Assembly (NCBI RefSeq): GCF_036365525.1
Contig: NC_090379.1
Coordinates: 61,315,202-61,379,201, forward strand
Length of the DNA: 64,000 nucleotides
Reading direction: 5' to 3'
DNA from: Heterodontus francisci
Taxonomy: Eukaryota
Shown: in pieces, positions 37,650 through 50,535 of the stretch
Layout of the letters: every line of letters starts with the position of its first letter
How positions within the stretch are numbered: the stretch's first letter is position 1
Translations under genes and position numbers: made by a program
The notes under the pieces: generated by a model
The model's input: the letters and a program-made list of their open reading frames with translations, nothing else
The model's database searches: none
Told to the model about the DNA's origin: nothing

Positions 37650-38830
37650 GAAGAGGCTGTTAAGTGGGAACGTAGACTGAGCTCGAAAGGAGCCGCTCGC
37701 CTGTGCAGCAGCCGGCCCTACTTCCAGCTGCTCGAAATTCTCCCCTCAAGGGTTTGAGCGATGGCTGCGGTCAGTAAAAACACATCGAAGCCTTTCCTAC
37801 CGGACCAGCTTGTGATTAGCTGTCATGGAACGGTTGGCGGCTGCTCAGACCGGGTTCTCCATTTTTCGCGCAGCCACTGTTATAGCCATGACTTACCGGA
37901 GCCCGTGTTCCCGCTGCAAATCCTAGCTCCCACTCGCACATTCACAAGCGTCAGCAGCGAAATTTAAAAAAAAAACTTTGTACAGTCACTGATCGTTGAT
38001 TAGAGAACTTGAAGGAACAGCTTTCGGTTAAACCAGATTTTTTTTTTAAAGAAAAAGATGTCAATAATTGGTGGACGATCGAAAGCATCCGCTCGGAATC
38101 CCGGGATAGTTTTGCTTTGGTTGGGGCGGTGAGCACCAGATTAACCGTCCGGTGGGACCCGGATGTGGCTCGAGCCGTTTTTTGAATTTTCATCCAAGTT
38201 TCGTCTCGAGTAGAAGTAACGGCCCCGAACAGGAGATCCAGAGCCGTAATTAGACCGTAGTCGGTGTACACAGCCAGACCGAGCCCGCTCTGCCATTGTC
38301 CCTGGAGACGCCGTTAAGCTCGTTCCCCGCGTGGGCTGTGCCGTACCGGGGACACGGTTGTCACTGGAATTAGAATCGTCAGTATGGACAGGACCGGTTA
38401 ACGCATTTTTATTCCGGACTCAAACTTGTTTTTGCTGATAGAACAAAATGGGTGGCCAGGTGCAGGTGACTGGCCGTTAGCTTGTGCTCATTGTTTTGAA
38501 ACTTCTGCCAAGTAGTGTTTGCGGAGCGGGAAACAAACGCTGACTGCGGAGCCGGGCAGGACTGGGCTGAGTGACTGCTTTCTGATCGCCGGTGAGCCCC
38601 AAACACATCTCCGTCAGCAAAAAGAAACTGGTTATAGCTGCAGGGGGCGAATGGAGTTCCCGGTAAATGTGATGGAAGGTGATGGTGACTGCCATCCAGG
38701 GACTGCCAGCAGAGTCCGAATTTCGGTGCAAAAGTTACGTAAAGTTACTTCTGATGGTGCAGAGGATTCATTTTACATCCCCCCCGCTCTGCCAGTAAAT
38801 AAACCACGGGGCGATATGTTCGCATCTGAT
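37650..38830. promoter_or_regulatory. CpG island, bidirectional TIMM9/KIAA0586 promoter
   Basis: Marked CpG enrichment against a CpG-poor background, TE-free, lying between divergent genes. Confidence 0.8.
37897..37960 (-). other. TIMM9: Candidate non-coding first exon of TIMM9 (5' end unknown)
   Basis: Consensus minus-strand donor CG|GTAAGT at 37891-37898 inside the CpG island. Confidence 0.5.
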
Positions 38831-38861
38831 GCAGATGTGTCAGGAGGAGCATTTCCAAAAG
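38651..38861 (+). CDS. KIAA0586: TALPID3 (KIAA0586) first coding exon; start codon uncertain
   Basis: MEFPVNVMEG...ISVQKLRKV...YIPPALPVNK resembles human TALPID3 PVKRLREV...VPPALSANK as recalled; donor AAG|GTTAAT, phase 1; synteny. Confidence 0.75.
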
Positions 38862-39189
38862 GTTAATGTCCATTCTCCTCCCGTGTTCGACCTGTTAATT
38901 TGACTTTAATTTGGTAAAATGCTAAACTTTAAAAAAAATCATATAATTGTGTATTAATTTCCAACAGCACAGGGAAACATTTGTAGTTATTTGCAAGAAG
39001 GTTGAACGTTTGAGGAGATCTTTGAGCCGTGACGATGTTGAATTAATGTATTCATAATTACAACCTGGAGCACTCATGGGTTATGATTATGGATTATACT
39101 AATAGCTTCTCCACACTTTTGGGCTCTTGCTCATTGCTTTAAACAACTACTCTCCAAAGACATCAATACTTGTGGTTACAGTAGAAACA

Positions 39190-41140
39190 CTCAGGATATC
39201 ATAGGGGGTTCAGAAGAAACTTCTTTACCCGGAGAGAAGTGCGAATGTGGAATTCGCTACCACAGGGAGTGGTTGAAGTAAATAGTACAGATGCATTGAA
39301 GGAGAGGCGAGATAAGCATATGAGGAAGAAGGGAAGAGAGGGTTATGCTGATAGAGTTAGATGAGAAAAGATGAGAGGAGGCTTAAGTGGAGCATAGATG
39401 CCAGTATGGACTAACTGGGCTGAATGGCTTATTTCTGTACTGGATATCCTATATAATAAATCTAAAAGGTGTCGTTACATTTTTCCTCTTCTCCCTTCAA
39501 TTTTGAAGGTATATAAGGTGATTTACAGTGAAGCTAGTTTGCTTTTTAGTGCATGGAAACAAAAACGGCTTGCATTTATATAGCACCTTTAATATAATAA
39601 AACGTCACAAATTGCTTCACAGGAGCATTGTCAAGCTGGAAGAGATGAGACAGATAGGGAGGGGCAAGGCCAGGGAGGGATTTGAAAACCTGGATGAGAA
39701 TTTTAAAATCGAAGCGTTGCTTGACCAGGAGCCACAGTAGGTCAGTGAGCTCAGAGGTGATGATGGGTGAACAGACCTGGTGTGAGAAAGGGCACAGGCA
39801 GCAGATGGACTTGTCTTGCCTCTATATACCTTAATGCCCTTGGCTAGCAAAAATCTATCAGTCACAGATTTAAAATTATTAATTGAGCTAACATCTACTG
39901 CTTTTTGTGGAAGAGAGTTCCATATTTCTAGCATTATTTGTGTGAAGAAATGTTTTCTAACATCTCTCCTGAATGACATGGCTCTGATTTTAAGCTTATG
40001 TCACTTTGTTCTAGACTTCCCCACCAGTGATAAAAGCTTCTAACACTACCAATTCCTTTCGAAATCCTAAAAACTTTGATCAAATCACCGGTTAACTTTT
40101 TATGTTCCATTTAATCCAAGCCTTGTTTATATAATCTCTTCTCATAATCTAACCCCCAGAACCTTGGTAACATTCTAGTGAATCTGCACTGCAGTTTTTG
40201 TAAGGCCAATGTATCCTTTTTAATGTGCGATGCCTAGAACTGTACATAGTCCTCCAGACGTGGGCTAACCAGGGCTTCATGTAGTTATAGTAAAACTGGT
40301 CACAGCTAGTGAGCCACTGTCGACATTACAGTTTTTTTTGGTATAACTATCCTCCGAATTTAAAATCACAATTGCAGCAAAATACATGTGAAGTACGAAG
40401 TAGGAGCGGGAATAGACCACTCGGCCCTTGGAGCCTGCTCCGTCATTCAGTACGATCATGGCTGATCTAATTGTTACCTCGACCCCACATTCCTGCCTCC
40501 CCCGATTATCCTTTCACCCCCCCCCCCCCGTCCTTGCTTATCAAGAATCTATCTACCTCTGCCTTAAAGATATTTAAAGACTCTGCTTCCACCACCTTTT
40601 GAGGAAGAGAGTTCCAAAGACTCTCAACACTGAGAAAACATTTCTCCTCATCTCTGCCTTAAATGGGCGATCCCTTATTTTTAAATAGTGACCCCCTAAT
40701 TCTAGATTATCCCACAAGGGGAAAACATCCTTTCCACATCCTTGTCAAGACCCCTCACGATCTTGTATGTTTCAATCAAGTCACTCTCCTAAACTCCAGC
40801 GGATACAAGCTTAGCCTATCCAACTTCCCTCATAAGACAACCTGCCCATTCCAGGTATTGGTCAAGTAAACCTTCTCTGAACTGCTTCTAACGCATTTAC
40901 ATCCTTCCTTAAATAAGGAGACCAATACTGTACACAGTATTCGAGATGTGGTCTCATCAATGCCCTGTATAACTGAAGCATAACCTACCTACTGTTGTAT
41001 TCAATTCCCCTCGTTATAAACCATAACATTCTATTAGCTTTCGTAATTACTTGCTGAACCTGCATACTAACCTGATTCGATTCATGCACAAGGACACCCA
41101 GATCCATCTGCATCTCAGAGCTCTGCAATTGCTCACCATC
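39190..41140. mobile_element. Cluster of CR1 and L2 fragments (CR1 + 39190-39460; L2 - 39560-39810; CR1 - 39810-40275; CR1 - 40390-41140)
   Basis: CR1 C-terminal and tail motifs; 40390-41140 is the reverse complement of the family at 22890-23643. Confidence 0.7.
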
Positions 41141-42245
41141 TATAACAGAATTGTGAATTTTTCAATTTGAGCCATGATAATTTGAGACTATGACATAGAT
41201 GCGAAACAACAATTATAACGGATGCAGAAAGTACACACTTAGCTGGTAGAAGAACATGCAACTGTGGCTCCTGTAACAAATTTCCAAGCTCATGACCTGT
41301 TTTGCCTAATCAAAATAAAATGCTAAACTTATTGAATTGGAATATTTATTTGCCAGATGGTAAATTTTGTAGGTAGTCTAGGTTAATTTGCCAGTGGCCT
41401 TACAAAATCTTTTAGTCAAAACAGAAAATTCTTCTTTGAAGATGGTCTCAGTTTCATCTCCAATGACAGATTGCAAATTTAAGACATCACTGTTACGAAG
41501 TATTCTGTGCAGAAGTTCTTTGGCATTACATTGCTACCCATGTTATGCTTCCAGGAATTAATTAAGCATCAAACAATCAATTGAGATCATAAATAAAATT
41601 GTATTCTCACTTTGTTTTAAAACCTAGAGAATCCCGCTTACATCATTCAAGGAGATGTGCGGCCATTTATTTTATTTTTTTTAAAAACATGTTTGCAATT
41701 CTTTAAAGATTGGACCAAAACTATTTCTGTACCACAGCCACACATAAATAAAATACTGTGGGTGCTGGAAATCTGCAATAAAAGAAGAAAGCGTTGAAAA
41801 TACTCAGCATTTTTTATTTCTGTACCACAATGTGTTTGACAATATGTATTTCCCATTACCCTAGGAATGCAATGGATTAGTAATGTACAGTTCTGCAAGT
41901 TTTGTTGTATTTGAATTGCTGCATTAAAAAAACTTGAAAGAAGTGGACATTTTGCAATCAAATATGGTCTTTTAATAATTTTGATTATTAGCATTTTATG
42001 GAAATCATCATACCAATGTGTTTATATTTTATTAATTATGAGTACTATGGATTTAATATATGATTTTGCTAGTTTTCTTTATATCTTGGAATTTCTAAAA
42101 GAAGCAGCTTCTTGGAAGAAAAGTGAATATTTCAAAAAAAATTTCATTTTATGGAAATTGCTTATATTTGAGTAAACTTTAATTATTTGTGGCTCTTTTG
42201 TGAGGATTATACTCATTAATTTATTCATAATGATTTTGATTTCAG

Positions 42246-42334
42246 CACATGTACATGATTTGTTTGGAACAAAATCAACAGGTCAGCAGATTCAAAAAGA
42301 AACCAACTATGACTACTGCAGGTTACTACAATGG
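42246..42334 (+). CDS. KIAA0586: Probable TALPID3 exon 2
   Basis: tttcag| (A)HVHDLFGTKSTGQQIQKETNYDYCRLLQW |gtaaga; phase 1 to 0 links the flanking exons; no recognisable protein homology. Confidence 0.55.
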
Positions 42335-42949
42335 GTAAGAAATTGTTTAATTATCTGTAAATTGATACTAGCAATGTTAGTGCAGAAGGAGCACTGTTTA
42401 TTAGCTTGTCTCCTATCTGATGGTAGTGTTTACTGCACTTTCACCATTGAAAATTCTGTTATAATTCAGTCCAGATTAGTTGGTTGAAACTCTCTTCTTT
42501 CTGCTGGTGGTTAAGGTTCTTATGTGAAATATGTTTGTGCTGTTTCAACCCAGTTACTGTTTGCAAACTCCTAAGAGAATCTTCAACAGGTCAGTTTAAA
42601 TAGCATTTGTACTGGGGAATACGGGGCAGGGGGAGGGTTGTACATACTAGGTTAAAAATTACAATTCCCATAATTAATTTTCATGTATCTTAAGTTGCTG
42701 ATACTTGTGCATCTTGGTGTTCTGATTTAAAGTTTATTTATCATTGAGGCAATAGCCATGTAAAGAATTCTTTCCAAACCATCAGAACTACCAAATTCAA
42801 ATAGGTCAAAACAGCAAAGAAAAATTATAAGCACAAATAGGACAGAGTTGTCTCGGCTTCAAGGGTCAGATTACCATGGCTTGGGTTGCAGGTTGGATAC
42901 CTACCCCTGTTGTAGCTCATCTGAGTGACACTTAAATGATGTCCACAAC

Positions 42950-44050
42950 ATGCATTTATATAGTGCCTTTAATGTAGATAATTGTCCAAAGTGTATCTTA
43001 AAGATAGAATGGAATGGGATACTGAGCCAAAGAAGGAAATATTAGGAGAGGGTAACTAAAAGCTTGGTTAAAATTTGGGTTTTAAAGAGGATCTTGGCCC
43101 TTAAGGTACCGTTGCCAATGGTGTAGCATAGAGGAAGAAGCAAAAGAGGGCAGGTCAGAACAGGGAGATTCGGGGGCGGGAGAGGTGGGATTAAAGGGAG
43201 AACATGAAAGATTTAAACAGAAGGATGAGAATTTTAAATTGATGCATTGGGGGACTTGCAGCCAATGTAGGTCAGTATGGATGGATGTTGGGTAAGCAGA
43301 AATTGGTGTGGAATAGGACATAGGAAGCAGCCTTTTGGATGAGCTGAAATTCTAGAAGAGATGGGTGGCTGGCCAGTGGACTATTGGAATAGTCAATCCT
43401 GGAGATAGTAAACGCATGGATGAGGCAGTTGGGTGGAGGTGGTGCAGAGGCAGATGATATGGAGGTGGAAGTAGACAGTCTTTGTAATGAGGTTGGAAGT
43501 TTGGTTCAGGGTCAAATAGGTTGTCACGGTTACGAACAGTCTGGTTCAGCCTGAGACAGTGACTGGGACCCCAGATTAAATGGCTTAATTAAGTGTCTCT
43601 GATGGAGGGATGAAGACAGTGGCTTTTGTTCTCTCATTGTTTAGCTAGAGAAGTTACAATTTAATCCAGGACTGGATGCAGGACAAGCAGGCTGACAACC
43701 TGTGCAGAGGATGGGTCTAAACAGGTAGTTGAGAGGCAGAATGTAACCTTACAGCCCCTTGCCAAACTCTGCCTTCTTCTGACAAATGTGAATCACCTGC
43801 TTGCCTTTGGACTATTTTGACAGCCATGCTTTCAGTTGTCTTGGCCCCACGCGCTGGAATTCCCACCCTAAATCCCTCTGACTTTCTACTTCCCTCTCCT
43901 CCTTTTAAAGTACTCTTTAAAATCCAGCACTTCAACCAAGCTTTTGGTTATGCCATCTGATTTTTTTTTGGGTGTTTGCATATGTTTGATTATTCCTCTG
44001 TGGAGCACCTTGTGATGTTTTCGACTTTCATGGTGCTTTATAGGTGCAAA
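42950..44050. mobile_element. Decayed L2 fragments (- then +)
   Basis: TDLHWL.VPQ.I..K motif on minus strand; L2 3' tail on plus strand. Confidence 0.6.
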
Positions 44051-45721
44051 AGGTCTCCTCCTCTGTGAACACCAAAGCCTTGCATCTTTCTACCCCACTT
44101 TCAAATAAAGATGCATTCCCTCATGCCACTAACCATCTTGCAAAATGATAACACATCAACCCTTACAGTGATTTCCAAACAAGGCACAATTACATTAATT
44201 TTTCTTTACACCATGCTCCTCCTGGGTAACTAAACATGCCTTGTTTAAAAAAATGTATTCCCGTGCTACTTCTATGTACCACCCAGGCTCCAGGATCACA
44301 GGAGGTGATTTGCTGTTCATGATCTACAAAAGGCACTTGGGACTGAGGTGGCTCTTGTCTCATGAAAACCTGCTCCTGGCAGGAAAGCACTGTTGGCTAA
44401 ATCTCTGGAACGTGCTTCTGGGCAGCTTGGTGCTGACTCACCAGTTCCTCTAGTGTTGTGCTCTAAGAGGGAAGGCTGGAGGCCTGATATGTACTGATGT
44501 CCTGAGATCTGACTGGTGGACTCTAGTTGTCACATTCATCTGGACTCTGGATCTGCGGACATTCTGAACAGCCGAATGGCTTGCCGAAGGACAGCTATCA
44601 GATCCTGATATCCCTGAGATACAGTGATCGCCTTGGTCTTGAAGCTGTGCTCCATTCCCTTCCTAAATCTCTTCATTCCTTTTCCGAACTTTACTCCTTT
44701 AGAATGCTCATTAGCAAATACCTCTGACCAAACTTTTGGTCATCTGTATTCATATCTCCTTATGTTGATCGGTATAAACTTTTGCTCCTGTGAAACACTT
44801 GAGGATGTTCTATTACTTTAAAGGTGCTATATAAATACAAGTTGTTGTTTGTTCCAGTGTAACTCATTTCAAGTAAATTCTAGACTCCAGTGTTTAGTAG
44901 CACTGAGTAGAGGGGATGGGGTTTAGCTGCCCTGGGGGAGTCCTTTGCTTTGGTATACCTGAGAAATGATCTTGGCTTTTGGTTGTACTGAAATGCAGTT
45001 CCTGGAGTTCAGCACTTCTGGAGTTTGGCAGCATGGAGAGGGGACCTGAAGTTTGGCAGATTTAAGGGATTGGAAAGTGGAGCTGTGGCGTACGATGGGG
45101 GTTTGGACATCACTGGTTTGTACCTTTCTAAGAGATCTCTGCAGTTCTTAAATTTGCTGTTTTGTGATTGGTTCTTGGAAGAGTTTCTTGCTGTCTTTTT
45201 TTTCTCGCTCTCACTGTCGTCTCTGTCTCTGTCTCATAGTATCAAAATTAAAATGTTTACATTTTTAATGTCAACAGTGTACAGGGAGATGATCAATTGA
45301 TTTCATGCATTTCTTTCCTTTCAAAATTTTAACTCATTTATATGTTCATAGACTTAAAGATCTCCATTTTAAAGTCATGCATTCAGTCCTAATAGTTTAA
45401 TTTTCACGTTTTTTATAGTTAAAAAGCAAAACTTGCAATATTTTGAGAAACATAAGTAGAGTTGGTTGGAGTATATAAATGTTTCTGTAGGACAGGTCTG
45501 AGGTGAGATTCAATTACAGAGGCAGTGCAGCACCACCACTGCAACACAAGGATGTAATTACAATGTGCAAATCTTATGTGGGTGGTTCTGTTAGAAATGT
45601 GGGCATAGAAATTTTTAATAGCAAAGAATTGAAGGAAATTGCAAGTGGACATAAGAATTTTAGATATGTGTTAAATATTTCAAACCATTTTGTAGTCTGG
45701 ATTTTAAAAATTTTAATCTGA

Positions 45722-46518
45722 TGGTCCAGATTGCGTGGAGAATAATGGTCAGGCTATCAGCACTCTGTTGTTATAGAGAAAGTCGGACAGCATCTTCTGG
45801 CATCCACATGTGCATGTTGAAATGCAGAAATCCGAAAACTGCTGTTAGAGATACCCCGTTCCTCTGCAGTGTGTGCTACAACAGTCCTCTTCGTTAGACA
45901 CGGCACTGAAATCAATGTTGTGGTATGATCTTGGGCTGCTTGCCCACTAGTTCTCCACTAAACATGCCAAAAAAAAGTTAGGGCTGGTGCATTCAGAAAT
46001 AAGTTTGTTTTTAATGGCATGATAATTGATAATTACTGCCGAACAACCTCTCTGGCCCTGAAAATTTAATTTTATGAGTATGGTGTCACATTCCTTCAGA
46101 AGTTAATATGTGTTGGAGGTACAGGGAATAAAAGGTTGTTTTTTACTTTGTCTTTTAGCACTCTCCCTTAATCCCTTCTGTCTTTTCCAATCATTTTTTC
46201 CAATTTCTGTACATCATAAATCTATAATATTACAGTACCTATAAAAATACAATATACTATCTACAATTTATACAGCCTGCTTTATACTTTCTGATTTAGA
46301 CTCTGCCTGTCTCAGTGAGGATTCTTCAGTCTGGTTGAAGAGCCTCGCTGTTGTTAGACCAGCTCGCAGACCACAGATCAACTGTAGAGGGCATCGTGCT
46401 AGATCACACGTCGGTTTAGAGCAAGTCTCTGCTTAGAAGCCTGTAAAGGCTTGGGGGCAGCTGTCAGCAAGGTGAACGGCAAGCGCCCATCCTTTGCCAC
46501 TGACTGCAAAATCTTATG
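45722..46518 (+). mobile_element. Harbinger-like MITE family copy 2
   Basis: Collinear with 62273-62961 (aaagttagggc, aattactgc, cctgaaaa.ttaattt, cagaccacagatca). Confidence 0.55.
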
Positions 46519-46584
46519 CATAATGTGTTATGCGTAAGAAATGGTAATATTTCATAACCAAATGATGAACACAGCAAATGCTTT

Positions 46585-46755
46585 AAAAACAGAATGCTGG
46601 AAATACTCAGCAGGTCTGGGAGCATCTGTCGAGAGAGAAACAGAGTTAATATTTCAAGTGGATGATATTTTGTCAGAACCAGCCAGACCTGCTGAGTATT
46701 TACAGCATTTTCTGTTTTTATTTCTGATTTCCAACATCCACAATATTTTGCTTTA
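46585..46755. repeat. Inverted pair of Penelope pLTR-like repeats (hairpin)
   Basis: Arms 46585-46619 and 46683-46719 are near-perfect reverse complements. Confidence 0.7.
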
Positions 46756-46811
46756 ATATTAATGTTTTATTCACTGTCACAACAAATGCTTTTACGTCCA
46801 GTGTTGTTATT

Positions 46812-49650
46812 TAGAGTCATGGAGTTATACAGTGCAGAAATAGGCCCTTCGGCCCATCATGTCCGTGCTGGCCATCAAGCACCTATCTATTCTAATCCCA
46901 TTTTCCAGCACTTGGCCCGTAGCCTTGTATGCTATGGCGTTTCAAGTGCTCATCTAAATACTACTTAAATGTTGTGAGGTTACCTGCCTCTACCACCCCT
47001 TCAGGCAGTGTGTTCCAGATTCCAACCACCCTCTGGGTGAAAATGCTTCTCAGGATTAAATTCCATCTGCCACTGCTCTGCCCATCTATATCATCCTGTA
47101 ATCTAAGGCTTTCCTCCTCACTATTTACGACCACCAATTTTCGTGTCATCTACGAACTTACTTATACCTCCTATATTCATATTAAAATCATTAATGTACG
47201 CTACAAACAGCAAGGGTCCCAGTACCGATCCCTGTGGTACATACACCACTGGTCACAGGCTTCCAATCGCAAAAACAACCCTCGACCATCACCCTCTGCC
47301 TCCTGCCACTAAGCCAATTTTGGATCCAGTTTGCCAAATTGCCCTGGATCCCATAGGCTCATACCTTCTTAACCAATCTCCCATGCGGGACCTCATCAAA
47401 AGCCTTACTGAAGTCCATGTAGACTACATCAACTGCTTTACCCTCATCTACATACTTAGTCACCTTCTCAAAAAAGTCAAGTCAAATTTGTTAGACACGA
47501 TCTCCCCCTGACAACGCCATGCTGACTATTCCTGCTTAATCCAAGTGGAGGCTAATCCTGTCCCTCAGAATTTTTTCCAATAGTTTCCCTACCACTGATG
47601 TTAGACTCACCGGCCTGTAATTACCTGGTTCATCTCTGCTACCCTTCTTGAATAATGGTGCCACATTCGCTGTCCTCCAGTCCTCAGGCACCTCTCCTGT
47701 GGCCAGAGAGGATTTGAAAATTTGTGTCAGAGCTCCTGCAGTCTCCTCCCTTGCCTCACATAGCAGCCTGGGATACATCTCATCTGGACCTGCGGATTTA
47801 TCCACTTCTTAGCCTGCTAAAACCGCTAATGCCTCTTCCCTTTCAATGCTAATTTGTTCAAGTATATCACAATCCCCTTCCCTGATCTCTACACCTACAT
47901 CGCCCTTCTCTATAGTGAACACAGATGAAAAGTAATCATTCAAAACCTCACCTACGTCCTCCGGCTCCACACACACATTGCTACTTTGGTCCCTAATGGG
48001 CCCTACTCTTTAATAAAAGCAAAATACTGCGGATGCTGGAAATCTGAAATAAAAACAAGAAATGCTGGAAATACTCAGCAGGCCTGGCAGCATCTGTGGA
48101 GAGAGAAGCAGAGTTAACGTTACAGGGCCCTACTCTTTCCCTGGTTATCCTCTTGCCCTTAATATACTTAGATAACGCCTTGGGATTTTCCTTTATCTTG
48201 TCCGCCAGTGTTTTCTCATGCCCCCTCTTCGCTCTCCTAATTACTTTTTTAAGTACCCCCCTACATTTTCTATACTCCTCTAGGGCCTCTGCTGTTTTCA
48301 GCCCTCTGAACCTGCCATAAGCCTCCTTTTTTATTTCCTTATCCAATCCTATATCTCCCTTGATATCCTGGGTTCCCTGGACGTGTTCGTCCTACCCTTC
48401 ATCTTTACGGGTACATGTTGGCTCTGAACTCTCGCTATTTCCTTTTTGAATGACTCCCACTGGTCTGATATGGACATTGCTACAAGTTGCCGCTCCCAGT
48501 CCACTTTGGCCAGATCCTGTTTTGTCATATTGAAATCAGCCTTCCCCCAATTCAGTATCTTTATTTCCGGTCCATCTTTGTCCTTTTCCATAATGACCTT
48601 AAATCTTAGAGTTATGATCACTGTCCCCAAAATGCTCCCCCACTGACACTTCTACCACTTGTGCAGCTTCATTCCCTAAGATTAGGTCCAGTGCCGCCAC
48701 TTTTCTTGTGGGACTTTCTACATGCAGGCTCAAAAAGCATTTTATGCATTTTAAGAATTCCACCCCTTTTAAGCCTTTTGCACCAAGACTATCGCAGTTA
48801 ATATTGAGGAAGTTGAAATCCCCTACAATTATTACCCTATTATTTTTACATCTCTCTGAGATTTGCTTATATATCTGCTCCTCTATCTCTCCCTGACTAT
48901 TTGGAGGCCTGGAGTACGCTCCCAGCAAAGTGATTGCCCCCTTTTTGTTTTTAAGTTCTACTCATATGGCCTCATTTGAGGAACCTTCCAAGATATCATC
49001 CCTCCTTACTGCAGTAATTGACTCCTTGATCAACAGTGCGATGCCACCTTTTTACGCTCCCCCCTGTCACGCCTGAAGATTCTGGAATATTGAGCTGCCA
49101 GTCCTGCCCTTCCCTCAACCATGTCTCTGTGATAGCAATAATATCATATTCCCAACTGTTAATCAATGCCCTCAATTCACCTGCCTTACTTGTAAGACTC
49201 CTTGTGTTAAAATAGATGCAATCCAGTCTTGCATTATTCGCTTGTGCCTTAACAGGTCTATATTTACTCTGCCTTCCAGACTGACTCAGTTTGTCTTCTA
49301 TATTTGGCTGTGCATCACCCCCGACTCTACCTCCATTCAGTATCCCATCCCCCTACCAAATTAGTTTAAACCCCCCCCCCCCGCCAACAGCACTAGCAAA
49401 CCTCCCTGCAAGGATGTTGTTCCGGTTCAGGTGCAACCCGTCCGACTTGTACAGGTCCCACCTTTGCCAGAAACAGAGCCAGTAATCCAGGAAACTAAAG
49501 CCCTCCCTCCTGCACCATCTCTTTAGCCGCGCATTCATCTGCTTTATCCTCTGATTCCTGTACTCACTAGCATGTGGCACTGGGAGTAATCCAGAGATTA
49601 CAACCTTTTGAGGTCCTGCTTTTTATTCTGCTACCTAGCTCCCTAAATTC
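46812..49650 (-). mobile_element. CR1 LINE (ORF1 C-terminus, APE, RT, 3' tail) with internal deletions
   Basis: Minus ORFs give DGLHLN (esterase), GDFN, SDHN, NYRPVSLTS and FTQRVV. Confidence 0.88.
48012..48124 (-). mobile_element. 113-bp Penelope-derived insertion with 14-bp TSD
   Basis: GGGCCCTACTCTTT at 47998-48011 and 48125-48138 flanks the pLTR-like repeat. Confidence 0.85.
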
Positions 49651-50535
49651 TTGTTTCATATTCATATTTCATATTGTACCGTGATCATTCTTCATTGAGT
49701 CTGCCGTATAGCTCCAAAGTTGTCCTGGCCACTACGACAGAGCGTACTGTTGTTCATTTTTACAGCACTTACTAAAAACCCTAGTTAAAAACATAGTGTT
49801 CTGTATGCGATGCAGTTATCTGGCCACAATGTGAAATTAAAGATGGAACCACCTTGGTTTGGGTGATTCAGTACTGAACTCACAGTGAACTTACTAACTG
49901 AGCCATTAGGAGAGTCCACTAGATATTTTCATTAAGTAAATTTTATCGCCTACAAGCAAAGTCATACTTCTAAAATCATGATATCATTAACATCACAAAG
50001 AACTGTTCTGATTGACAGTGTATGGCCTCTTTTATTGTTACCTCGTGCAGTTGTGTCAGTGGAAGGATGATGTTATGTGTCCAGGTTTTCTCTAAACAAC
50101 TGGCTCTAATCTTTTAAGTGAGCCAACAGGGGAAGGTAGCAGGTATAGTCTAAACAGCTCCCTACAAGTAAAGAGGGGAAAATGGAGGACAACTCTTGAA
50201 CCACTTCCAGAGCATGGTCGCCGATATTGATGTGGGTTGAAGGGCCTGTTTCAGTGCTGTATCTCTCTATGACAAGTCACCTACATTCCTATTGTGTGGT
50301 GTAAAAATGGATAAGAGTAAAATAGAAGTTTTTTGATGTTTGCATTCCCCATCATTTGAACTAATGGGTGCCTAAAATCAATCAAAAATACAATCTATTC
50401 TGGAATTTGAAAGTGGTTTGAGCGCTCATTCCGTTTTCCTCAATTTTCTCTCTTCCTTTTCTGAACTTTCTGACTGAGGCTGAGGTATGATTCTGTGGGT
50501 GCTGTCTAACCTTTAAATCCTGCCTAAATGGCCAG

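Noticed and set aside
45419-45464. Alternative TALPID3 exon 3 (LKSKTCNILRNISRV)
   Set aside because: The phase fits but the donor GTTGGA is weak. 58321-58396 has better splice sites and some similarity to the human exon.
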